Origin: Felis catus
Taxonomy: Eukaryota
Direction of reading: 5' to 3'
DNA length: 64,000 nt
NCBI RefSeq assembly: GCF_018350175.1
Contig: NC_058368.1
Coordinates: forward strand, 74,960,001 to 75,024,000
Below, piece after piece: positions 1-11,930 of the stretch. The notes beneath the pieces are model-generated. The model had not been told where the DNA came from, did no database searches, and was given only the letters and a program-made list of their open reading frames with translations. The number at the start of each line of letters is the position of its first letter. Position 1 is the stretch's first letter. The position numbers were made by a program, and so were the translations under genes.

Positions 1-1487
1 TCAACACACAGAAGATAAAGTGCTCAGAATTACCCGGTAACGGACATTGTACTTGTGGGGAAAAGAACAAATACATGGCCGTTGAAGAGGAAAAGTATTT
101 GGAACAGGGATAATGGTCAAAGGAGGTAGGAACTCTATATGTAGTGTTCTAATATCAATATTGGAGAACAGAAGTGCACACGTAAAATGTGACTGGAAGC
201 CAATGTATCAAAATGCTACCAGTAATTGATAGATGGTGGGTGCCATCTTTGTTTTTAATTAGTCTCAGTAAATACATAGTTAATGAGGAAATAGAGACTG
301 AAATGTTAGTGACCTCCTGTTATATTTAGAGAACAGAATAAGTCATGAAATCCTTTTTATTTATGCTAACAGATTGGAATAAGCACCAGGACCATTTTAT
401 AATATGCCAACACATATTAAAAATATAATATTTCACACTCTACTTCCCTTTGAAGAAAATGAGTAGTGGATGTTTATTTTTGGCATTGCTTTACCAACAG
501 AGAGAGAGATTTCTATATTTTTTTAAGCTAAGCACTATGAAGATAGCACAGTTCATATTTGCACATGGAGCAGGGACATGTTATAATAACTTCTGAAAAA
601 AACAGAATCAGTGACTGTAATGTCAATTACAATTGCAATTTGCAATTTGCAATTAACCACTTAAAAATCCTAATGGCATAACTTTTTAAAGTCATTTTAC
701 TTTTAAAGTAAAAGTAATTACTTTCCTCTGTGATAAATTGTTGACTTCTTCAGCTTTAAAGTAGGGATAACATCACTGCTACAACTATGAAGTTTATTCT
801 TTTATTTATCTGGTAAAAGAGATTTGGACAAAAAGTTGCAAAGGTTCACATTAACTTCTCAGCTACCTCTCCTCACTCAAGAAAGAGAATCTTAGAAACC
901 AGAACTTTTGCTTTACTGGGGACTAATTCTTTCAACATCTATTTTTTTTCCTTTTTAAAGAAAAAATTATATTAGAAATATAGAGTCTCTACAGAGTTTT
1001 CAATGTGATTTTGATCCTTATGTTAAAGTACCATTATTACAACAGGAAAATTACAGGGCTTTCAAATTAGCAACCAGATGCAATTTATATAGAATTTCAT
1101 TACCGTTAGTTTACAAAGCTGACCTGTGCAAGACAGATGGACTCTTTGCTGTTTACTCCATTGCTGTGGTTTGGTAAACCAATGACTAGACAGTTTAAAT
1201 GTGTTTGTTCACAAGGCTGAGCATTCTTAAGTACCAGAACTGTAACTGGATTCTTCTAATGTGCAACCCAGAGGGTAAGCTATACCACATTCACTTACTT
1301 ACCTCTCAGAGCCAAAAGAACACAGACCTCCAAGGGTATTCCTTAGAACGCTACCTGGAGGAGATTATAATACATATATTTGGTGCGTGTAAAAATAACA
1401 AACATTTACAGTAGAAATGTTTAGAACTAAATAAGTTTTAAATATAAATACATTTTAAACAGTCTTCGGAATGTTCCCTGTTTTCTA

Positions 1488-1511
1488 ACACACACACACA
1501 CTCACAGACAG

Positions 1512-1548
<37 letters not shown>
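1488..1548. repeat. (CA)n microsatellite, interrupted
   Basis: Direct read of CA runs. Confidence 0.95.
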
Positions 1549-1550
<2 letters not shown>

Positions 1551-2109
1551 GGGGCAGATGGATACATTGAATCATTCAGGTAGCATAATCAATCGATGGG
1601 GTCATTCCCATCACCTAACTAATTCATTCATTTAGCCAATATTTGTAACATAGCCATTTGGGTTGAAGAACAGTGTTATATTTTCCACCAAAGGTTAGTA
1701 TTTTTTTCAAGTTTTTTTTTTCCCCAAAAGGTTTCGTGGTGGAAATACAATACATAGGTATTTCATTTTCTACCCCGCCCTTTAGTATATAAGAATTTTC
1801 GGAAGTCAATATGTCTCTGCCATATTTCATTACGACGGCGGATCAACATTGCTACTCTCTGAAGGCTGGACACATTTGCAGTATTTGCAAATTTGGCTGT
1901 GATTAACCAGATAAAAGGATGGCTCCCCAAATCTTCCCTCCGCCCCCACCCCTTCAGATATTTCAGTGCTTTTCTATGCCTCCAGAGTCAGGACGGAACT
2001 CCTCCTATGACCCCAAACTTCACACGCGACCAGACCCTGACTGTTCTCGCCATGCTCCTTGGCTTTCATTCAAATCATCAAAAACACTAAACTTTCACTC
2101 CTCAGAGTC

Positions 2110-2342
2110 TTTTTTTTAATTTTTTTTTTCTTAACGTTTATTTATTATTGAGAGACAGAGAGAGACAGAGCATGAACATGAGCATGGGAGGGGCAGAGAG
2201 AGGAGGAGACACAGAATCTGAAGCAGGCTCCAGGCTCTGAGCTGTCAGCACAGAACCCGACGCGGGGCTCAAACTCACAAACCGCAAGATATGACCTGAG
2301 CCAAAGCCGGACGCTCAACCGACTGAGCCACCCAGGGACCCC
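2110..2342 (-). mobile_element. Can-SINE (SINEC_Fc2-like)
   Basis: Poly-T, (GA)n, gacacagaatctgaagcaggctccaggctctgagctgtcagc, ends gagccacccagggacccc. Confidence 0.95.
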
Positions 2343-2671
2343 ATGATCTTCAGTTTAAATGTATTGAAACACAGAGGACATACAGGGTGGGAAAGTGGGT
2401 AAGCATTTAATGAGCTGACCCCATGCTAAACTCACCGGCTCCAGGCGCCCCCTTCCCCAAAGTCCCACTCTTCCTACTGAACCCTGAACACTTGAAATGT
2501 AGGGCTGGGTTTTTCTTTCTGTCTCTCATATAATAAATTATGGGAGGCATACAACACAGATTTCAGAGAGGAACGAGTATTTGGATGAATGGGTGAATGA
2601 AGGAGTGAATCCTGAAGTAGCTGTAGAGAAAAATTGTTTTCATACAGGCTTCAAATATATGATAAAAACTT

Positions 2672-2838
2672 GGGGCACCTGGGTGGCTCAGTCAGTTAAA
2701 TGTCTGGCTTCAGCTCAGGTCATGATCTCATGGTCTGTGAGTTCGAGCCCCACGTCGGGCTCTGTGCTGACAGCTCAGAGCCTGGAGCCTGTTTCGGATT
2801 CTGTGTCTCCCTCTCTCTCTGCCCCCCGCCACCAGCTT

Positions 2839-2875
<37 letters not shown>

Positions 2876-2908
2876 AATAAATAAACATTAAAAAAACAAA
2901 ACAAAAAC
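2672..2908 (+). mobile_element. Can-SINE (SINEC_Fc2-like)
   Basis: ggggcacctgggtggctcagtc head, (CT)n, aataaa/A tail; degenerate TSD aaatatatga(t/c)aaaaa. Confidence 0.95.
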
Positions 2909-3129
2909 AAATATATGACAAAAAGTGAATCTAGTCAAGGAAAAGAGCAACCAGATAGCACTGTAAACCCTAAAGTAAGAAATGATGATGAACTTTTTCG
3001 GGAACAAAGCCTTTTAGTGGTATGTCTTCTTAAATATGTGGATTTTTAAAATATTTTTTTGAACAACATTCAACAATGTTATAGTGTTAAAATATGTATT
3101 TCTTAGAATCACTTAACGATCAGAATATT

Positions 3130-3548
3130 TTTAAAATTATTTTGAGAGTGGGAGAGAGCGAGCATGGGGGAGGGGCAGAGAGAGAATTTATTTTTTTTTC
3201 CTTATTATGTTTCTTTATTTTTGAGAGGCAGAGAGAGACAGAGCATGAGTTGGGAGGGGCAGAGAGAGAGAGAGGGAGACACAGAATCCAAAGCAGGCTC
3301 CAGGCTCTGAGCTGTCAGCCCAGAGCCTAACACGGGGCTTGAACCCACGAACCGTGAGATCATGACCTGAGCGGAAGTCGGACACTCAACTGACTGAGCC
3401 ATCCAGGCACCCCAAGAGGGAGAGAATGTTAAGCAGGTTCCATGCTCAGTGCGGAGCCCAAAGGGGGTGCAATCTCACAACCATGAGATCATGACCTGAG
3501 CTAAAATCAAGAGTTGGATGTTTCACTGGGTGAACCACCCAGGCGCCC
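3130..3548 (-). mobile_element. Older Can-SINE split by a nested younger SINE
   Basis: 3' part at 3130-3187 and 5' part at 3414-3548 (aagcaggttccatgctcagt...aggcgccc) flank a second SINE. Confidence 0.8.
3188..3413 (-). mobile_element. Can-SINE (SINEC_Fc2-like), nested
   Basis: Complete SINE body with T-rich tail inside the (GA)n region of the outer SINE; gagagaat on both sides. Confidence 0.9.
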
Positions 3549-3931
3549 TGAACAGAATAGTTTTAATAGAAGGAAATACAATTAAGAGAATTGCAGAAAT
3601 AATTAAGAAAGCTCCTTGGTTAAGGGACAGTGTGCTAAACAAAATTTAGTCTTTATTGATCTTTTGGTTCCATCACATTTCTTTAGATCTTTCTGAAGGA
3701 AATCAATAAGATATCAAGTGCACAGAGATACTTGATTATTTAATTCCAGAAGAATCACGAATCAATAATTTTAATGGTTAGCATCTTTAAAAAGTTCAAT
3801 AAAAATAACAGGGTGTATATAATGTGTTCTTAAAGTATTATCAGTGGCATCACAGTGTTGGAACAATCTCAGTGTTTTTGTTCATGATATAGAAATCTCT
3901 CTGGCTTTGTCCAAATCTCTGGCTTTGTCCA

Positions 3932-3933
<2 letters not shown>

Positions 3934-3973
<40 letters not shown>
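3934..3973. repeat. (TG)n microsatellite
   Basis: Direct read. Confidence 0.95.
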
Positions 3974-3974
<1 letters not shown>

Positions 3975-5368
3975 AAGCAGAATGATAGCTGAGAGAAATC
4001 AAATTTATAAATTGTTCTAGGGTATGATTTGGACCTAACTTGATTTTTAAAATAAACTGAGTTCAGTTTTCTGTATTTGAAAACACTATTCTTTTGTTTG
4101 TTTGTTTAATTTTATTTAAATCAAATAGCATTTCTTTTATAATCTAGTTTTTGTAGGAATAAAAGGTATGAGAATAGGCCAAAACAAGATTGTCATTAAT
4201 ATATTAGTGAAAAGTATAAACTCAAATACCTGTTATTCTCAACTCAAAAAAAAAAAAAAAAGAAAGAAATCGGCTATACTTAAAGGCCAACTTAAAATTA
4301 AAAAGAAACAAAACTACACCACATGTTTGTAATTAAACTTTTTAAAAATTATGTCTTCGAGAATATACTAAGGTTTCCTCCTCCTAAGCTTTCTGGAAAA
4401 CATCCATGGACATAGAGAAGAAATTAGAACACACCAGAGAAGAATAATGTCTACACATGACAGATAATGTGATGCCAGAATCTAAGTGCAAATTTCCCAA
4501 ACTACAACGCAGTGGGATCTAAGATTAGCAGGACTACACATGCTTTGCTTTACAATTAGATGCTTTTTCATGAAATAAAATAAAAAGCAAAAGTAGGACA
4601 GAAGGCAGGGAGGGAGGGAGAGACCTAGGAAGGGATATAGAGAGGGACAGAAATGGAAATTGTTTTTCTTCTCCTCCTTTGGAAAGGAGTCAGGAGGCAC
4701 CAGCCACTTTAGGAAGAGGACATTTTTGTTTGTCTGTTTTTTATTTCATTTTTCAATTTGTTTGTTTGCTTTTGGAAGGAAGAACGGACCCTTAGGAGAA
4801 CAGATGGGATCTGTGATAGTTTGTGACAAGGTTTACCTTTGGGTGAGGTTGACTGCTAGTCTCCTAGACTCTAGTGACAAGATTCAATCTTCCTGGTCAA
4901 GAAACTCCCTGTGGGGGCTGGTGAAAATCAAGATCCTATCAGAGGGTCTAGAGTTTTGGTTTGCATGGTCATTGCCAAACTGCATTCCATGGGGCCGTAA
5001 TGTGGGCACAAGTTTGCTTCACAAGATTGTGTTATTAAACTCTTAGATTTGGGTTAATCTAATGGGGAACATTGCACGTCAGTGCAGTTTTAATCTGTGT
5101 TATTCTTAGGAGTAAGTCGGATCATCTTTTTGATACTTCAGAGTGATTTGTATGATTTTCATGTTTGCGAACTTGTGGCATTTACTACTGATTCTATAGG
5201 GTAGCTGATCTATTTTATGCATTAATGGTAGCTGTACATGTTTTAGGGAGCTTGGCCTTCTGATGTGGATATCAGATGAAAATAGATTTTCCCCATTTGT
5301 CACTAGTCTTTTTGACTTGCCTTTGGGTGAGTTTTTTGTCCCTCCGTGTAAAGAATTTTAAAATGTGT

Positions 5369-5580
5369 GGGGTGCCTTGGTGGCTGAGTCAAGCGTCTGA
5401 CCTGAACTCAGGTTATGATCTCATGACTCACGAGTTTGCGCCCCACATCAGGCTCTGTTCTGATATCTCACAGCCTGGAGCCTCCTTTGGATTCTGTGTC
5501 TGCATCTCTCTCTGCCCCTCCCCTGCTCATGCTCTGTCTCTTTCTCACCATCTCAAAAATAAATAAAGATTAAAAACAAA
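5369..5580 (+). mobile_element. Can-SINE
   Basis: ggggtgccttggtggctgagtc head, (CT)-rich region, aaataaataaa tail. Confidence 0.9.
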
Positions 5581-5699
5581 ATTCTAAACTTGGAAGGAGG
5601 TTGTATTTTTCATTCTTTTCATTCCATGACTTCTCAGTTGAATCACAGGAGAAAATTCTTTTCTCCCACATCTTTCGCACTTTGATGAATTTTTTTAAG

Positions 5700-5924
5700 G
5701 ATTTTTAATGTTTATTTATTTTTTGAGAGAGAGAGAGAGAGAGAGCGAGAGAGCGAGCCTGAGCAAGGGAGGGGCAGAGAGAGAGGGAAACACAAAATCC
5801 GAAGCAGGCTCCAGGCTCTGAGCTGTCAGCACAGAGCCCAATGTGGGCCTCAAACCCACGAACCAGGAGATCATGAGCTGAACCAAAGTTGGACACTTAA
5901 CCAGCTGAGCCACCCAGGGGTCCC
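5700..5924 (-). mobile_element. Can-SINE
   Basis: tttatttatttttgagagaga...gagccacccaggggtccc. Confidence 0.93.
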
Positions 5925-6344
5925 AACAATTTTTTTAGCGTTTCCATTTTGACCAATTAACAAGTATCTAAACCATTTGTGTAAAGCAGGAAGTACAGAT
6001 CAAAGTTTACTTTCTGTTTCCACTGGAAGGCTATACATACAAGGCTCTACACGTGTACTACATATGGAACTGTCCTGCTCCCCTGTTGCAACACACTCAT
6101 CTAACATGACAACTAACGGCAAACACCTGTATTCATTGATCTCTGGATGACTGGTATGTCCCATTGTTCTCGTTTCCTGTATCTATACCAGAATCATGAG
6201 ATTGTATGTTTTTACGTCGATACAATACATTTCCATTTCTGCTGGTTGTAGTGACTCTGTGCTATTATTTGTTTTTCTGGAGTTTCATGTGGGGTTTTCA
6301 CTCGTTCAGTGTCTTCCATGTACGCTTTAAAATCAGTCTGGCTA

Positions 6345-6582
6345 GGGGCGCCTGGGTGGCGCAGTCGGTTAAGCGTCCGACTTCAGCCAGGTCACGATCT
6401 CGCGGTCCGGGAGTTCGAGCCCCGCGTCAGGCTCTGGGCTGACGGCTCGGAGCCTGGAGCCTGTTTCCGATTCTGTGTCTCCCTCTCTCTCTGCCCCTCC
6501 TCCGTTCATGCTCTGTCTCTCTCTGTCCCAAAAATAAATAAAAAACGTTGAAAAAAAATTTAAAAAAATAAAAATAAAAAAA
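6345..6582 (+). mobile_element. Young SINEC_Fc-type Can-SINE
   Basis: CpGs intact; perfect TSD taaaatcagtctggcta at 6328-6344 and 6583-6599. Confidence 0.97.
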
Positions 6583-6949
6583 TAAAATCAGTCTGGCTAA
6601 AGAGAGTTCCCGTTAATAGTTGCACCAAGATGTTACCAAATTCATAAGTTAATTAAGGGAGAAATGATTTCATGACGTTGAGAGCCTTCCTATCCAGCAT
6701 CACAATGAACCAGTTCTCTTGTTGAGTGTGTCTTTCACATTAATTAAAAAAATAAAATAAAATAAAATTGTATTTCATCTCCCTCTTGAACATTTCTTAA
6801 TTGCATTCTTATTTTATATCAATGTACGTTTATGTATTTTGTGTGCATATACATGCATTTTTGTGTGTATATGTATACATAACTACAATATATACACTTA
6901 GATATTTCGGCGTAAGATACAATATAACATTTAAGATTATACAAAATAT

Positions 6950-7150
6950 GTTTTTAAGTTTATGTATTTTGGGAAAGAGAGAATGACCAGTGGAGGGGCA
7001 GAGAGAGAGAGGGAGAGAGAGAATCCCAAGCAGGCTCTGTGCTGTCAGCGTGGAGTCCGATGCAGGGTTGGAACCCACAAGCCATGAGATCATGACCTGA
7101 GCTGAAATCAAGAGTCAGATGCTTAACTGGCTGAGCCTCCCAGGCCCCCC
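6950..7150 (-). mobile_element. Older Can-SINE
   Basis: gagaatcccaagcaggctctgtgctgtcagc body; flanked by aagattata repeats. Confidence 0.9.
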
Positions 7151-7316
7151 AAGATTATATGAAATATTAATGGACAGTTAAATGCATTGTTAAATAGTGA
7201 ATGCCTAGATGATCTTCATACAATGCATTTGATGAATGGACCACAATTTTAAGATGACCGTTCAAAGAGTTTCCAATATTTGGCTATTATGAACGGGGTT
7301 TCTAACAGTGTTTCTA

Positions 7317-7528
7317 AATTTTTTTAATGTTTATTTATTTCTGAGACAGAGAGAGACACAGCATGAGCAGGGAAGGGGCAGAAAGAGAAGGAGACACAGA
7401 ATGTGAAGCAGGCTCCAGGCTCTGAGCTGTCAGCACAGAGCCCGATGCGGGGCTCGAACTCACGAACTGTGAGATCATGACCTGAGCCGAAGTCGGATGC
7501 TTAACCAACTGAGCCACCCAGGCGCCCC
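7317..7528 (-). mobile_element. Can-SINE (SINEC_Fc2-like)
   Basis: Perfect TSD tctaacagtgtttcta at 7301-7316 and 7529-7544. Confidence 0.96.
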
Positions 7529-7949
7529 TCTAACAGTGTTTCTATACAACACTCCAGTATACACATGCACACACTTTTCCAATGTAGATACCTGGATATG
7601 CAATTACTACATTGTGGGTAGTAATTTACCCACAGCTTCTAATTTACTGGATAAGTCTAAACCATTGTCCAAAATTTCTATCACCATGTAAGATCTCAAA
7701 TTTGAACTATGGAGGCTTATTTGCAGATACTCTAGAGTTCAAAACACTTCAACCCTGATAAATCCCACACTGACTCATTCCCTTTTTTGCTCAAATGTAA
7801 ACCTTCATTGTTTCCTCTCTTGGTGATCAGGGCCACTGGTCTTAGAAGGAAGACCAACTCTGCCTTCCATCTCAATGCCTTTATCAGTGCTCTGTTGATG
7901 GCCCCTCTCTACATCCCTCCAATGTGTTCATTTCTTTCCACATCTGCAA

Positions 7950-8440
7950 CCAAGCCCCTGATTTAACCTTCTGCCATCAATTGACTAATCCCACCATATA
8001 AGACCTCTGGTGGTCTCAGAAGAGTTCCTACAGTATCCCTCCTTGCCAGCCCTCCTCTCTTCTTCACAAGCGATTAAAAACCCGAGTTTACCTGTATCAT
8101 ACTTCACATAAAAGATCATTGCTCAGAGGAAAAGTACACATCTTTGGCATGGCTTTCAAGGACAGTGATCTAGTCTCTGGCAAGCCCTCCATCATTGCCT
8201 CACAAACACGCTTCCTCAGCCTCGGCTGTCAAGTCTGCTTAGTTTAATTTTAATAGTTCAGACTTATAATCCTTCTTGGCCCTCAAGACATCTCATATTC
8301 TGTTCCTTTTTCTCAGAATACTCTTCCACCTTTAATCCATTTAGATCTATCCACCCTTCCTCATCTCAACGGTCATTTCCTCAACTAAGGTTTCCCTGAT
8401 TCCTCCCCCAAGACTAGATCTGGGTCCACTTACATCTATA
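7950..8440 (+). mobile_element. Degraded L2 LINE fragment
   Basis: Pyrimidine-rich, with L2-like motifs (ctttggcatggctttcaagg; tctgttcctttttctcagaatactcttcc; gtcatttcctcaactaaggtttccctga); recalled similarity. Confidence 0.55.
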
Positions 8441-8594
8441 ATTTGTACTCACCTTTATACATGTACTCAGTGTGTATTTATATCTGTAACTGTTTGAGAT
8501 TATATTACAAATCACATACTGACAGGTTTCTAAATATGTATTTTTCCTTACCACAAAGGATAGTTATTTTATACTTAATGAAGGACTCTATTAG

Positions 8595-8829
8595 AATTTA
8601 TTTATTTATTTTTAATTTTTTTCTTTTTTTTTTTTTTTTTTTTGAGAGCAAGAGAGACAGAGCATGAGTGGAGGAAGGTCAGGGGGAGAGGGAGACACAG
8701 AATCTGAAGCAGGCTCCAGGCTCTGCGCTGTCAGCTCAGAGCCCGATGTGGGGCTCAAACTCACAGACCTCAAGATCATGACCTGAGCCAAAGTTGGCCA
8801 CTTAACTGACTGAGCCACCCAGGTGCCCC
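8595..8829 (-). mobile_element. Can-SINE
   Basis: Long poly-T; TSD aggactctattag at 8582-8594 and 8830-8842. Confidence 0.95.
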
Positions 8830-10139
8830 AGGACTCTATTAGCATTTAGATAAAGGTTTCATCATATCACTCCTGTGCATACAAAATAAAAAGACATTAA
8901 TGTGAAATAACTTTGTTTGATGTTAACTTCACCTTTGGAGTCCAAGTCTTCAGGGTCAATTTCCAACTCTGAATTATTAATATCATATTTTTTGACACGG
9001 CGCTGTTCCATGTGCCTTCAAGAGCATTAGTGATGCAGCATTTCTTAAGAGTGATCCATTACTGTCTTTTGTTCAACATCAGCAGGAAATTCCTGACAAA
9101 TTGTTGTTTGACACCTTAACAATAGTCCCGTTTGACACATAAATCTGTCACACCAGATCCATGTTACTTTGAGTTTTTGTTTCATCTATTCCTAGTTATT
9201 TGGCAATTTATCCTGACATCAAATCCACTGCATCTTGTACTACATTCAATCCTAACTCAAGCAAAATGCAGTAGAGCTTCCAACTTCTGGATATCTTACT
9301 TCCCGAGGTCTCATAAAGCACATTCTTGTTACTCTGCAAGAAAATATGAAATTGTAAACGTCCCACCAATGACAAATGTGCTGTCCACTGATACTGAATT
9401 TACTTTCTGCTGTTTTGAGGTCTACTCTGTTCTGTGATGGGAATATCTTTTGGTTTTATTGCTGATTCATGATATGATCTTTTCAAATACGTTTTAATTG
9501 ACAATTAAATCCCCACATATGGAACCAAAAAATAACACCACTAAATTAAAAGTGAGGCAACTCTGACAAATTGTCACCCACCTATATCCATGTGAAAACT
9601 AACTTCTCTGTGGCTTGGTGGATGACAATTGTAAGTCACGTTCGGAGTCAAGGTGTCTTCAGTGTGAAAATGTATGCACCTCACATTTGATAAAATATGA
9701 TATTTTTGAATCTGTAAAATTTGCAGGCTCACATCAGCACTAAAAAATAAATCCAAGGGATTAAGGAATGAGTAGGTAAGGATAAAGCAAGTAAAGCAAA
9801 AGATTAAGATAAAAAACGAACTGATTCAGCTTGGTTTTAATTCCCTTTACATTTATGTGGCTTATAAGCAAATCTCTTTTAAATGAACACTTACTGATTT
9901 ATAATCCAGATATAAATGTTCTCAAGTAGTTGTAAGTAAATTTCAAAATCCCCAGGTCACTGCTAAGAGTATGGGGTGCCTTCCGTCATCCACTAATGAA
10001 AGACTGGGCTCCATGTTAGTTGCATCACCCGCCGGTGTTCTCCTCTGGTGAACAGTGGCTGGAGTAGGTGAAGTCCCTCCTTCCAGATCCCCAGGGCTCT
10101 TGCTTTCTCTCCTGAGATCCTTCGTCTTGCCATGACTGC

Positions 10140-10140
<1 letters not shown>

Positions 10141-10172
<32 letters not shown>

Positions 10173-10192
10173 AAAAAAGAAAGAAAAAGAAA
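10141..10192. repeat. Poly-A/A-rich tract not attached to a SINE or L1
   Basis: A30 followed by GA-interrupted A runs. Confidence 0.9.
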
Positions 10193-11224
10193 GTTAAGCA
10201 GGTCACACAAAACACCTCAGTGCTCATTCGCGATTCCAAAAAATCTTTCCCTTTCGTAATAACGTCGAAAATTCTAAACTGAAGAAATCACCCTCACTAT
10301 GGCCTCTCACTTGGTACACAACTATGTAAATAGCAGTCATTCAGCAGCAGTGGAAAGACGAGGACAGCCCCCCGTTGAGCCTCAGTCTGGGACCATGAGA
10401 TGGTTGAAGACATGAGAGAAATGGCGGAATCATCTGAAGATGCTCCCAGTGACGCTAAAAGAAGAAAAGTGCACGGGTGAGCAGCTGCTGGGTGTCCCCT
10501 GGTTTCAGCTGCTGGGTGTCCCCTGAAAATCTTAAGTGAACAGTCTTGCTGTGGCTCAGAAAGAAACACCGAGCAGTAAAGGAAAAACAATTGTGTCTTC
10601 AGCACATGATTTATCCTGTTTTGTAACTAATGCAAATTTATTTAGATAAACTTCCAGCTACTTTCATAATTGTCTTTGAAAAGATGTATTTTATTTTCTG
10701 TACTTTATATCTTAAAAAAAAAAGCTGTAATTTCAAAGCGTACCATTCAGTGGTTTTCAGCATAATCAACGGGTTTTACAACCATCACTAACTGCAGTAT
10801 TTTCATCTGTTAGCAGACACTCTCCATTAATCCTCCCCTATACCCTGGAAATCATTAATTTGCTTCCTGTCTTCATACAGTTGTCTATTTTGAACACTTT
10901 ACTTAAATGGAATCATATAAAGTGTGGCTTTTTATGTCTCCCTTCTTTCACTTAGCATAAAATCTGCAAGATGATCCACATTGCAATGTTGAAAAGTAAG
11001 TCATTCCTTTCCATGGCTGAATACCATTCCATTATATGTATATATCCCTTGAATTCTTCAATCAATTGTTTCTGTTTTCGCCTATTATGAGTGTTGCTGC
11101 TGTAAACATTCATGTACAAGTTTCTGTGTAGACACCTCCTTTGAACTTTCTTGGGTATATACTTATGGGTAGAATGGCTAGGTCATATGGTAACTCTTTT
11201 ATTTGTTTAAAAAAAAAAAAACCT

Positions 11225-11446
11225 GGGGCGCCTGGGTGGCTCAGTCGGTTAAGCAGCCGACTTCAGCTCAGGTCATGATCTCACGGTCCGTGAGTTTGAG
11301 CCCCGTGTCGGGCTCTGTGCTGACAGCTCAGAGCCTGAAGCCTGTTTCAGATTCTGTGTCTCCCTCTCTCTCTGCTCCTCCCCTGTTCATGCTCTGTCTC
11401 TTTCTGTCTCAAAAATAAATAAATGTTAAAAAAATTAAAAAAAAAA
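11225..11446 (+). mobile_element. Can-SINE (SINEC_Fc2-like) inserted in L1
   Basis: Full head, body and tail; TSD aaaaaaaaacct. Confidence 0.95.
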
Positions 11447-11713
11447 CCTGCCAAACTGTTCGACGAGGGAGGTTCAGCACCATTTTACATTCTTACAAGG
11501 GACACAGTGGATGATAATGTTTCCGTATCCTCACTATTATTTATAATTTTTGTCTTTTTTTGCCAGTGCCATCCTGGTGGGAGAAAGTGACATATCATGG
11601 GAGTTTTGATTTGCACTTCCCTACTGGCTAATCTTATTAAGCATCTTTTTAGATGATTATTAGCTATTTGTATATCTTCTGAGGCGAAATACCTATGTGA
11701 ATCATTTCCCCAT

Positions 11714-11930
11714 TTTTATTTATTATTTATTTTGAGGGAGAGAGAGAGAGACCATGTGTGAGAGAGACAGTGGGGGAGGGACAGAGAGAGAGAGGGAGAG
11801 AGAGAATCCCAAGCAGGCTCCTTCCTGTCATCACAGCCTCATGTGGGGCTCGGATTCACAAACCATGACATCACGACCCGAGCCGAGATCAAGAGTCAGA
11901 TGTTTAACCGACTGAGCCACCCAGGCACCC
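11714..11930 (-). mobile_element. Older Can-SINE inserted in L1
   Basis: gagaatcccaagcaggctcc...gagccacccaggcaccc; cccattt on both sides. Confidence 0.9.

Noticed and set aside
9943..10192. Processed pseudogene ending in the poly-A at 10141
   Set aside because: No AATAAA before the tract, no TSD found, no recognisable protein
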